A DNA stretch of 64,000 bases, taken from positions 9,819,832 through 9,883,831 of the forward strand of contig OZ316897.1 of the NCBI GenBank assembly GCA_973895155.1, given 5' to 3'. The position numbers and the translations under genes are program-made. Shown here piece by piece: positions 13,051-24,371 of the stretch. The DNA is from Marsupella aquatica (taxonomy: Eukaryota > Plantae > Marchantiophyta). The notes under the pieces are model-generated. The model saw only the letters and a list, made by a program, of their open reading frames with translations. It searched no databases and had not been told where the DNA came from. Each line of letters starts with the position of its first letter. The first letter of the stretch is position 1.

Positions 13051-16000
13051 CTTGCATCCTTTTTCAGATGTACATTCCTCCAGCATTAGGGGCTCCAGCC
13101 CTACCACTCCACAGTGCTGCTGCATGGCATCCAGACTAGGTGCACTTACCTCTATCCAACACTCACCACTTCAGTCCAAGTGTTGGGGGGGAGGAGGTCC
13201 CTTGTAATGCGGCTGACATTATTTCTGAGTTTCATGGTGTGGACCACTTCAGATCAGCAAGTACAACAGGCCTTGGAGAGGCCTCATCACCTTATCAGCA
13301 GCATGCTAGCAGCTTGGACAGTGGAGAGGCTGACACTTCTGGCTCTTCAAGCACGAGTACATCAGGTCCTATTCCTAGTGTTGCCAACTACACATTTATC
13401 ATGGGCAACCACCTGAGTAAAAGACAAAAGGACCAGCTGCTGAATTTGCTCCTCAAGCATGAGAATGTGTTTGCTTTCTCTATGAAGGACTTGGGTAAGT
13501 GCAAGACTATGCAGTTCTCCATTGAGTTGGCTGATGAAACACCTATCTTTAGGCGGAGACACTGTTTGAGTAAGCATGAGTGGCAGCTGGTGGATGAGAG
13601 GTGCCAAGAGCTTTATGAAGCTGGTCTTATTCAGCCATCTACATCAGATTTTGCGGCAGCTACAGTGATGCCAGCAAAGAAGGATTCCAGTGGATTGTGG
13701 ACAGAGAAGCGCATGTGTGGGGACTACAGGCCATTGAACCTGGTCACACCCCAAGACAGGTACCCCATCCCGCGGCCAAAGGAGCTATTTGACAGCATTG
13801 GAGACTCAGACATCTTCACTCTTGTGGATCTAAGGCAAGGCTTCAACCAGATTTTGCTGCTTGCAAAAGACTGCAAGAAAACAGCTTTCCATGGTAGTAA
13901 CCAACTATGGGAGTGGTTGGTGATGCCATTTGGCTTGAAGAATGCGCCCATATTCTTTCAAAGAGTCATGGACCAGGTTCTGCAAGGTGCTGAGTTTCTG
14001 AAATGCTACATTGATGATGTGTTGGTCCACAGCAAAGGATTTGACCAGCATCTACTTGACCTTGAGGAGCTATTCATGAGGCTTAAGAAGGTGAACCTAA
14101 AGATACACCCCAAGAAGTGTGAATTTGCTGTCAGATCAGTAGTATATCTTGGGCATCGCATTCTTCCAAATGGAACCATGGCTCACTGGGCCAAGGTGGT
14201 ATCCATCTTGGAAATGCCCACTCCTACCGATGTTCACACTTTGAGGAGTTTTATTGGGTTGTGCAATTACTACCGGATCTACATCAAAGATTTCAGTACC
14301 ATTGCACACCCATTGTATGCTTTGTTGAAAAAGAATGTGACTTGGACATGGAGTACAGATGCTGAGGCAGCATTTGCCACTTTGAAGGAGAAGCTCTCAG
14401 AATACCCGGTGCTGAGAAGACCTGATTTCAGCAAGGTCTTTGTGCTACACACAGATTGGAGTGCCCTTGGGATTGGTGCCATTCTGGGCCAGCATGATGA
14501 GGAAGGTAAAGAGTACGTCATTGCCTATGCATCCAGGAGCAACAATCAGGCAGAGAGTCATTATTCTTCTTATGAGGGTGAATGCCTTGCTGTTGTGTGG
14601 GCTGTAATACATTACAGGCCCTACCTCTTTGGGACCAGGTTTGTTCTCTACACTGACCACCAGCCCTTGAAGTGGTTGATGACCAACGACAAGCTTACTG
14701 GCAAGCTTGCTTGTTGGGCACTCATACTCCAGGAGTATGATTTTGAGGTAATTCATAGGCCTAGTGTGACACATCAAAATGCTGACACTATGTCCCGCAA
14801 CCCTTTGATTGCCTCTGATGATCCCTCAGATGCACGGCAGGATTTTGACCAGGTTTCCATCCTGCCTACATTTCATGCATCTACCTATCTTGCTTTGCTG
14901 CCATGCTACATCGTTGACCAACCTGTGGTGGACATATGGGAGGACAGTGACACTCTGAGATTTTTGCAGCATGGGGAGTACCCCATACATGTTACTGCAA
15001 CCCAGAGAGACCAAATTCAGCAAAGGTCCAAGCGTTACTTGTGGAAGGGAGATCATCTCGTGTGCTGCTTGCCAGACAGGGAAGTGGTGGTTCCACCCAT
15101 TCATGAGAGGGTTGGCCTTATCCGTAAGGTACATTCTGAGCTTGGTCATTTTGGCGTTAAGAGGACTTACAACCTCTTGGTCCCTCATTATCATTGGAGA
15201 GGCATGCATGGCCAGGTTCAAGATGTTATTGCCCGGTGTGAACAATGTGATAGGGTGAGGACTTCTTTCACATCTCGGCAACCCACACTTCATCCACTCC
15301 CTATTCAGGGCATGTTTTATCGTTGGTCATGTGATTTGGCTGGAGAATTACCCCTCACGTCTCGGGGTAATCTCTACATCATGATCATGATAGAGCATTT
15401 CTCCAAGTGGATAGAACTTGTGGCATTGCCGGATAAGACCTCCCGTAGCACCAGCCAGGCATTCCTACAACAAGTTCTCAGCCGCTTTGGAGCTTGTGCA
15501 AAATGTCTCACTGACCAGGGATCAGAGTTCAGAGGAGAGTTCCAGGAGCTGCTTGATCAGGCCCTCATTGATCATCGCTGAACGTCACGAGATCACCCAC
15601 AAGCAGATGCTTGGCAGAGCGCATGGTTCAGACATGCAAGAAGGGTCTCCGGAAGATCTGCCTCACCAAAAATAAGGAGGATTGGGACCTGGCCTTACCC
15701 TACATTGCCATGGGGTATAGGATGTCCAGACATGCATCACTGTCTAACTTTTCTCCCTACTTCTTGTTGTTTGGTCGTCACCCAGTTCCACCTTCTGCTA
15801 TTGCTGCTCACATGCTTCAGGTGGTGGACTTGGATTCAGCTGTGACTTGGTCTGATGTGATCTCTGAGAGGGCTGCCCTATTCAGGAGGGTTATGCCCAT
15901 GGCCATGGAGAATTTGGCCATTGCACAGCATAGGGACACACTACATTATGCACACACACGAGGGGGCACTTTTCAGCCCAAGGTCAGGAAGTTTGATGTA

Positions 16001-16225
16001 GGAGATTTTGTGTACTTGCAGCGGCAAGCTAACGACACCCTGGACACCTCTACTAGTCGTACTATTCTCAGGGTTAAAGCTATTCGACCGTCTGGAGTGC
16101 TAGAGTTACAAGGGGCAGATGGGCGCACAATTGCTGACAATGCCAAGAATTGCGCCCCTTGTCATCTGCCTAACCTGGATCCCACCATTGTGACTTCTAC
16201 CTGGATTCCACCTATGGACTACCCT

Positions 16226-16377
16226 TGCAAAGTGTGTTTGCGAATTGATGATGCTGACCAGATGCTGCTGTGTGATAATTGCAATGGAGGGTACCATCTT
16301 TCTGCCTTCGGCCTGAACTTACCCAGGTGCCAGAAGGGTTATGGTTTTGCCCTTCCTCTGCTCCACGTGCTACCTGA
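16226..16377 (+). CDS. PHD finger at the integrase C-terminus (frameshifted)
   Basis: CKVC-x4-DADQMLLCDNCNGGYH, then after a 1-nt shift FCLRPELTQVPEGLWFCPSS; C4HC3 pattern with the last Cys read as Ser (TCT). Confidence 0.88.
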
Positions 16378-16416
16378 CTTTTCTTCAGCCCTCCTTTTAG
16401 CTGTGGTCTGGGGGGG

Positions 16417-16592
16417 ATACAGAGGTTTACACCTCCACTACGTACATACCACCTCAGTTGCTTTTTCTTGGCACTTGTGAATGTGATTGGACTTTTTCTA
16501 AGGATGTTGGTTGCTAGCAGCTTGCACATATGCATTGTTGGTGACTTGTATGTTTTCGATACACTATGGCTACGATACTATATGTCACGACA
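16417..16592 (+). repeat. Split repeat B1 (176 bp), preceded by a G7 polypurine tract at 16410-16416
   Basis: Matches 16965-17140 with 3 substitutions. Confidence 0.95.
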
Positions 16593-16594
16593 GC

Positions 16595-16945
16595 TGTCAT
16601 GCTGAGGGACAGTGCCTCTTGTGCACATCGGCATGTCCCTCGCATGCCCGCTAGTATATAGTTAGGGCTAGTGTACTACTTGAGTTAGTGTCATGTTCTT
16701 GTAGCGAGTCTGGGCCGTTTGAAGCAAAGGTATTTGTTAGTGTGACGCCTGGACCCGGTCCTACTTAGGGCATGTTTTTCTTTGCCATTTTTCAGTTCTT
16801 CTTGAATCGCTGTGAGACAGAGTTTTTCAGAGGCTGCTCGTCGGTTTCATACACGGAATTCACACAGTGATTCGTTAGATGCTCCCGGCCGATCTTGGCA
16901 TCTCGCCGGTTTTCGATTCGATTTCAGTACGTTTGTTTCTATCAC
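16595..16945 (+). repeat. Split repeat A2 (351 bp)
   Basis: Copy of 8352-8704, separated from B1 by the dinucleotide GC. Confidence 0.95.
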
Positions 16946-16964
16946 CTCAAAAAAAATAAAAAAA

Positions 16965-17140
16965 ATATAGAGGTTTACACCTCCACTACGTACATACCAC
17001 CTCAGTTGCTTTTTCTTGGCACTTGTGAATGTGATTGGACTTTTTCTAAGGATGTTGGTTGCTAGCAGCTTGCACATATGCATTGCCGGTGACTTGTATG
17101 TTTTCGATACACTATGGCTACGATACTATATGTCACGACA
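16965..17140 (+). repeat. Split repeat B2 (176 bp), element 3' terminus
   Basis: Copy of B1; preceded by a CTC plus A-tract linker; followed by TSD TTTG. Confidence 0.95.
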
Positions 17141-18764
17141 TTTGTGACAAATCATGCTGATGTGGATGCATGTACAACTAGGAATTTTGGAAGGAACTTC
17201 CCATGAGGGTCCGTAATTACAAGTCATAAACCTAGCAAGAGCTGACTACACTCCATTAAGTTTTCTAGGAGTCACAAGCTTGGAAGTGTCTCCATCCACA
17301 CCTTTAAGCTTGGAAGGGATGCCAAAATGCTCTTCAATTGTATGAATGTGAAGACTTCCTTCCCTAACTCTTGTACGCTAGTTAAAATGCATGTTTTCCA
17401 TAGATCCCATGCAAGTTTAGGATCCTAACCAAGCAAAATATTTAGGATTGAGATCTGATCAGAGCTTCTGGCATGTTTCCATTGAGAGCACATAGATCTA
17501 ATGACAGCACCCTGTTTTCAAACTAGTGAGGGCTCTGGACACGCTGAAGTTCCATCCGGAGTCCCATCCATCATTTAGGGAAACATCTGCTGAATCTCTT
17601 TACAGTTTTCAATGGACTCTCATTGCAAAACCTTGTAACAAAAATAGTTGACAATTCCAGATTCTCAGGTAGGTGCTTTTTGTGGTGTTTTCATTCACCA
17701 AAACTGAGTAAAGGGGCATCATGATTTCAGCAGTTCAATTGTAAGTTGTTTCGTCTACCAACGAAGGGGCCAACAAATAGTTCCACAAAAGAATTGTCGA
17801 ATAAAGAATTGACTATTTGAACATCCTGGGCAACAGGTGAAACAGCCACAAGAAGGCTCATATTACCAAATGTCAAGCTCTTCAAGAATAAACAAAGGTG
17901 AAAGCACATCTGTAGATTTCAGATGCCAATATCAAAGCCCCATTCCCAGGCACCTTGCTCCCACTCATTCCTGCCCTGTGGTGAATAGTGTACTCACTAT
18001 AAAATGTGCAACCCAAACCCACTCCTAGTGCAGTTTATAATGAGCTATGGGTTATCCATAGCTGTTAGCGGACTGGTCAAGCTGTGGCTTAAGAGTAAAC
18101 AATAGGGTTTGTAAAAGCACAGCTGTAATTGGGTTGTGGCTCAAGACATAAAACTGTGTTGCGGCCAGGACAAAATCAGTATGGGCTACCAAATTACTTA
18201 CCCCATGAGGGTGATACATCCAAACAATTAACTCCTATAATACAAGGTTGTGCCAATTTTTACAGTGGTCGTCATTCAAATTTGCAGGGCACAAAAAATA
18301 AGAAATCTGGTAGAAGGAAAGAATAAAGACAAAATAAATTTTGCTTAGTGTGAATGAAAAAGAGGCACACCAATGTCCAAGTAGGAGAGAATCAAATGGG
18401 ATAAGCAAACAAAAAAAGGGGAGTCACTAACACAATGAACAAGGATCAAGGAGGATACTCACTCCATGACAAGCTAGGAGGATTGTACATACTGAATAAG
18501 GTATACATACTCACTAGAATGAAATAGTGCCTAATTTAGTGTAATATTGGTAGGAGTTAAATTTAAGATACTATTTCAGTCAATAAGGGACTACATACAC
18601 TAATCAAAATAAAACATTATTCTCCCAATATTTAGAGTGATTTTTTACATTCATTTTTTGTGCCATTTTCACTGCCCAAAAAACAAAAGTTATAAGGTCC
18701 AAAGACATAGTAAAGATCATGGCCCTGGCGTTGATGGCAAGGTGTCAAGCAAGGGGCACAATTT

Positions 18765-19335
18765 TACTTGATGACATCTTTTTACTTCACAATATTTTTC
18801 ACATAACGACGCATTTGGCACCACATCATATTTTTACTCGACTACATCTTTTATTCATGACATCTTTAGCAAAACGACTTCTTTTTTGTTAACGACAATT
18901 TTTTACTTGACAACAACTTTTTACTTGATAACAACTTTTTGTTTGACAACATGTTTGGCAAAATGACTTTTTTTTCTTAACGACAAATCTTTACTTGACA
19001 ACGCCTTTCACATAACTACATCTTTGGCGAAACAACTTCATCGTTCTTAACGACATCTTTTTACTTCACGACATCTTTCACAGAACGAAATCTAGGCGAC
19101 ACGACATCTTTTGTACAATGCATGGGTATTGAGCTATTTTGTACTTAACAACATTGTTATACTTACATTGTTATACTTAATAAAACCTTTGACATAACAA
19201 CATCATTGGCAACACGACCTCTATTTCTTCCACAACCTCTTGGCCAAGATGACATCTTTCTTCTCAACAACCTCTTGGCCGGCACGATCTCTTTTGTTCT
19301 CAACGACATCTTGGCCGACACTACATCTTTTGTGC
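18765..19335. repeat. Degenerate minisatellite
   Basis: Many ~18-20 bp variants of acgacatctttttacttg and acgacatcttggc. Confidence 0.7.
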
Positions 19336-20129
19336 AAACGGGTATTGAGCTAGTAAAGCCATAACACTTTGGTTATGGAAGAACTTTGACACGCCCTATT
19401 ACTCTCACAGCTACACCCCCACACTCATACCCTCCACACCCCTTGCTTGTGGAAGGGGGGAGTCTACCTTCAAATTAGTCTTCAGAATTTACATTTGGCC
19501 ATGTTTATAAAACCCTTTCCAAGGTATCACAATTAATTAGCATGGTGAACCTTTGGATTGACTTTGAAAAGATGACTGATGATTTCTCCTAGACAAGATT
19601 CTTTCTAAGCTATCAGCTTGGAATTGTGATCAGGCAGTCTCACGAGACTAACCATGGGAGCTTGGCACATAACTGAGCTATGACCTTAGGACACCACACT
19701 GGCGTCTTACACAGCAAATGGAAGAACTGCTCCACAACTCACCCATGGATTTGAGCTGCAAATCCCGCCCGTGAGAGAACCACGTTATGAAATTAAGATC
19801 GCAAAGCTAACGACTGATAGACGAATGGTGGCAGTTTTGTAGAAACTTCATGTTGGCATCCTCATGGGCGACCATGAAGGCGGAGATGAGAACAACGTGA
19901 TGAAAGCCCATCGGTTTATTCTCGAAACGCATTGTTGACAATCAGGATCAAAGTACTGAGTCGATTGGTGTAAAAGTTTGCCACTAGTGTATATTATCAA
20001 GAGAGATTTTTACTACTATGAGACTTTCTGTTTTCAGATTTTAGTTTCGGTATGATCCTTGTTCACGGATTGAAGGGATGTCTTGGAAAGAGCATGTAGG
20101 ATCTTCTTTTGATCTTTCTAATGTACGAT

Positions 20130-20205
20130 CGATGTTCTCACAAATGTTCAATGATCTTCGATGTTCTCACAACTGTTCAACAATCTTCGATGTCCTGTCA
20201 AATGC
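20130..20205. repeat. Short tandem repeat, ~29 bp
   Basis: cgatgttctcacaa(a/c)tgttcaa..atctt in about 2.5 copies. Confidence 0.6.
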
Positions 20206-21289
20206 TTTCCAATTGAATCGATCCTGTTACACTACCACGACATAGATCTAGACGAGACGAAACATTTGTTTGCCGCTGGTTCCCAAATCCTCTGCCGTCT
20301 AGACTGCTCTCCGATCCCATCCTTTTCATGAATCATAGCCGAACAGTATGAAGTCATATCCAATTGTAGGCAGCCGGTGTAATGATAGGTATCATGGAAA
20401 GAATTTCGTAGTTGGGAGTACGGTAAACGTTCCTGGCATGAAGATGATCGACCGACAGAGTCTTGGAACAATCAGTGTTGACAAAAAAGTGCAATACTGC
20501 CACATCGATTCCTGCCCGCCTGGATCGCTGCTCTCTACTCTCAAGCGAACCACAAAGGGCTCCGTCAGTCTGCAAAATGGGATAATGATGAATCCATCCC
20601 ACACTCTTGTGCACGATTGACTACGAGAGCATGTTGTCCTACTCCTCTCCATGGGAACGAAAGTCTGAATGAATTGACCGTTGAGTCAGAGAGTCAGCCC
20701 AATATATCATTGCAACTCATCAAGAACATGTTCTCCTACTCCTCTCCATGGGAAATGAATGTTGAGGTCAGAGTCGGAAAGTAGACCAGCGGTACAATCA
20801 GCCCATTTCATCTGATTCATACCTTCTTTCGGTTCTGTACAGAACATACAGTCTTCGAGACACTGGGGTGTCTACCCCAACTGACCGTCGCCCATACCTA
20901 GCCATCGATCGTACTCGAGCAGCACAGAAAGACTGGACGTACCTCACCGATGCACACGCTGCGCATGACTGGTCGGTCATGAAGCCGAGACGGCAGGAAT
21001 TGATTGTGAGCTAGCCATCGAGGCCGACCGAGCCGAGCAATGACAGGAAGAGGTCATCCTCTCACTCGCTTTGGAGCAGTAGACATAAATACTTACTCAC
21101 GAGCACTGACGAATCACTCAATTGAGAAACGGCGTTTCGGGATTGAGAAGTTCATTTAGATTCTGTGATCGAGAAGACAAGGAGCAGATCGATCGAGCAC
21201 TTTGGATTCTGTAATCGAGAAGAAGGAGCAGATCGAGCGAACACTTCGGAATTCACAATTCACAGAGTTCCGATTTCTTCCGAAGCAAC

Positions 21290-24200
21290 ATGGGGGCGGG
21301 GGGGCAAAGCAACATCGGGGCGGGTTCCATAGAGAAGCGCAATGGAGGCGGCGAAGAAGGGGGCGAAAGGAAAGCGAGGGGGCTGGTTTGCGTAACCGGA
21401 GGCACGGGTTACATTGCCTCGAACCTCATCTGCCGTCTACTGCAGCGCGGCTACACCGTCCGTGCCACCGTCCGCAACCCACGTACTGAGCTAATCATCT
21501 ATTTTTCAAAATCATTGATTCGTCTTCTTTTACATGTACATTTATTTATGTGCTTTCAGTCTGAAAAGAGGGATCTCGTCTGCCAATTTTGATGTAGATG
21601 TAAACAATATACACAAAATCTTCAGTAGCTAACCGCATCAGAAATCATCAGCTCATATTGACAAACACTACTATGCCCACATTCTTCTTACAGTACAAAG
21701 AGGCGTCATCCACAATGTCACTAGACATTGAGAGCATTGTTCGGATCTTAGACTGATTTAGTGACAAAGAATACACTTCTGTAGATTACTGAATTTCATT
21801 TTCTTTCGGCATGATGCTAACTTTTGTGATAAACATTCTTTGTTGACAGCCCTCTCTCCTGGTTTTAGTCTCTGTTGAATGACATGAATTCTTCGTTGAC
21901 AGTACTCAGCCCTTGTTTATAGCTTCTGTTGAACAAAATGCATCCTCGGTTGACAGTCCTCACCACAAGGCACTCCTTTCTTATGCAATTAAGCGAATGC
22001 ACTTGCATAATTATTATTTGAAGCTCAGTTTGCGACCCCAGTTGCGACAGTTAGTCATGAGACAATGCTTCTCTATTTATGTACAAGTTCTAATCTACTA
22101 TCCAGAAAATTGAAGCACGGACCCAAAGCTGGCCTCGTTCAGTATTAGAGATTTGTATGTAATTATCTATGCAGGACAGTAGTGTGGACCTCCCACAGAA
22201 GATTTTCTGAGCTAAAACTCAATTTGTTAAACGAGCTGCTGAACTATGGTACACATTCCTGGTTTGTACCTTTATTAGCAAAGACAGATACTATAAACCC
22301 ACCTTCACCTACTCAGTCAACCTTCAAATAAGAAATTTGGCCGAAATGCATGAAGAGTTGTTTATATTTTACTATTCGTCAAGAAGGGGCAAAAGACAAC
22401 GGTTTGCCAGGAAAAAGAACAAGGGAGGCAGCGAAAGAAAGAAGAGGCAAATGCATATATTCTTGAGCCCCAACGTGGAGTATCTGTGCATTGAAAGAAA
22501 GTTAACCTTCACATTCGTACCCAGACACATTTTGATGTTCGTTGTCTTCCTACCAGATTTCAAAACCTCGCAAGAGATTCTAAACATTTACATAAATTAA
22601 ACTACGAACTTACGAGGTGGCAAGGATGGGTGATTGCACCAAATCACAGCGTTGCATAATCCTCTGATTTGGACAAGCTTGCGTTTTATTCTAACATCAT
22701 GTCTTCCTCATAGTCGTCTGTTGGAAGCTGAGTTTTGACTTTAGATTGGGTTTGATACATGACCACGGGTGAATGGCTTTCAATTGATGGAGATCAGAAG
22801 ATGAGCAAAAGGTCGCATTTCTGCGGAAACTGGAAGGAGCCAACGAGAGGCTGAGCATAGTGGGAGCAGACCTGACGAAGGAGGGATCATTTGATGCAGC
22901 CTTGGAAGGAGTTGAGGGTGTTTTCCACAGTGCCGGCCCTATCGTCCCGGAAGATCCCAAGGATCCCCAGGTAAGGACTTTAACCTAAAGTGGTTATTAA
23001 AGCTGTTCGGGCTAGAATTGCAGAAGTCAGTCACAAGCTGAAGTTTGAATTGAAGAGATTTTCTCGAAATGGAGAACTGAAATGTGACAATTATTAAATG
23101 TAGGGGACCATGATCGATCCAACTGTAAACGGGGTCCTCAATTTGCTGAGATCCTGTACAAAGTCGTCCACACTGAGGAGAATTGTAATGACATCTTCAA
23201 GTGCAGCTGTCCGATATGACTACAATCAAACAGCAGACGATGGTCCCTTGGATGAATCAAGTTGGTCCAATCTTGATTACTGCAGAGAGCATCAGGTCCA
23301 CTTGCAGTACCCAAAGCTTTTTTGAAAAGATTCCTAATTCGCAGCTTCTGGTCTTTATGTTAGCATTGGGTTCTGAACAATGTGGATTCTTGTGATGAAT
23401 GAAATATCTGCAATAAATACATTTTGGAACGGTTGTTGACGGAGACGTGCATTGGAACTGGGGTGTATCAGCTGTGGTATGCGCTTGCAAAGACCAAGGG
23501 AGAGCAGGAGGCCTGGAAATTTTCCCAAGAGCACAATCTCAACTTGGTGGTGGTGAATCCAACATATATACTTGGACCATTCCTTGGAGACTTCCCAACG
23601 AGCACAGTTTCTCATCTCTACTACCTTCTCCATGGTCAGTGTTTCAAGTAAATAAAAGAAAGAATAATTTTTAGTTAGATTTTCGTTCTGTCACCCATTC
23701 CATCGATTTCTCTGCTAGTTACCTCTCTCAGTCACGATCAGCACGTAGACTGATAGTATCAAACTGTGAAAGCAAAATTGGCTTGTTTATGCCCTATTAA
23801 TTTCATACTGCAGGAAAAATAGTAGAGTATCCAAACGGAATCGTGGGATTTGTGCACATTGACGACGTGGTTACGACACATATCCTCGTGTACGAGACGG
23901 CTGAAGCGACTGGTCGTTACATCTGCTCATCTGTTGTGCTACACACCCAGCAGATGATAGACATGATCAGATCCAAGTATTCAACAGTACAACTCACAAT
24001 GAGGTACTAAACCCTGACCATCCTGGCTCCTTTCGGTCAAGCCTGTACCCTGTTCAGTCTCGTTTGTAGCTTTACAACAGAAATGTCAAAAAACCTATAT
24101 CAATGTTAGGTACTCTGTTCGGGTCACCTCTGCTACTATTGCATAAGTACTCAGACCTGACCTCAAATACTCACACGAACTTCGGGTGCCAAAATGCAGT

Positions 24201-24371
24201 TACAAGCAGAGAAGCACCGAAGGCAGACCTCACACCTTTAACACAAGAAAAGTTCAGCAACTAGGTCTGAAGTCATTCAAAGGTGCTGAAAGTATATTTT
24301 ATGACTGCTTACAAGACTTCGTGCGGAAAGGATTATTGCCACAGGAGCCCTCAAGCACCACCCAAGTATAG
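21290..24371 (+). CDS. TKPR2: Tetraketide alpha-pyrone reductase 2-like / CCR-DFR family NAD(P)-dependent reductase, 6 exons
   Basis: Exons 21290-21482, 22798-22970, 23104-23295, 23472-23634, 23814-24003 and 24200-24371, all GT-AG and in phase; [28 protein letters not shown] (YxxxK), GFVHIDDVV. The family call is firm; the TKPR2 subfamily call is by resemblance. Confidence 0.85.

Larger units (their letters stand above)
10941..16377 (+). pseudogene. pol: protease - DNA methyltransferase - RT - RNase H - integrase - PHD
   Basis: MLDTGA protease (Asp codon 11466); RT (RMCGDYRPLN, MPFGLKNAP, YIDD); RNase H (TDWS, YASR, YTDHQPL); integrase HHCC plus D/D/E (SCDLAG, TDQGSEF, AERMV); in-frame TAG at 13137 and TGA at 15579; frameshifts near 15610 and 16300. 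Confidence 0.93.
8352..17140 (+). mobile_element. Ty3/gypsy-type retrotransposon with DNMT and PHD domains and split direct repeats
   Basis: Termini TGTCATG...CACGACA; 4-bp TSD TTTG at 8348-8351 and 17141-17144; gag, PR, C5-MTase, RT, RH, INT, PHD; repeats in the order A1...B1-A2-B2. Confidence 0.93.

Noticed and set aside
8352-16945. Reading A1 and A2 as an ordinary LTR pair
   Set aside because: A ends in ...TATCAC with no TSD after A2, there is no PBS after A1, and the PPT precedes B1 rather than A2. The TTTG TSD and CA terminus occur only after B2.
8352-17140. Classifying the element as DIRS/Ngaro/PAT
   Set aside because: No tyrosine recombinase is visible. It has an aspartic protease, an HHCC-DDE integrase and a 4-bp TSD, and its methyltransferase is C5-type rather than the Dam-like type of DIRS.
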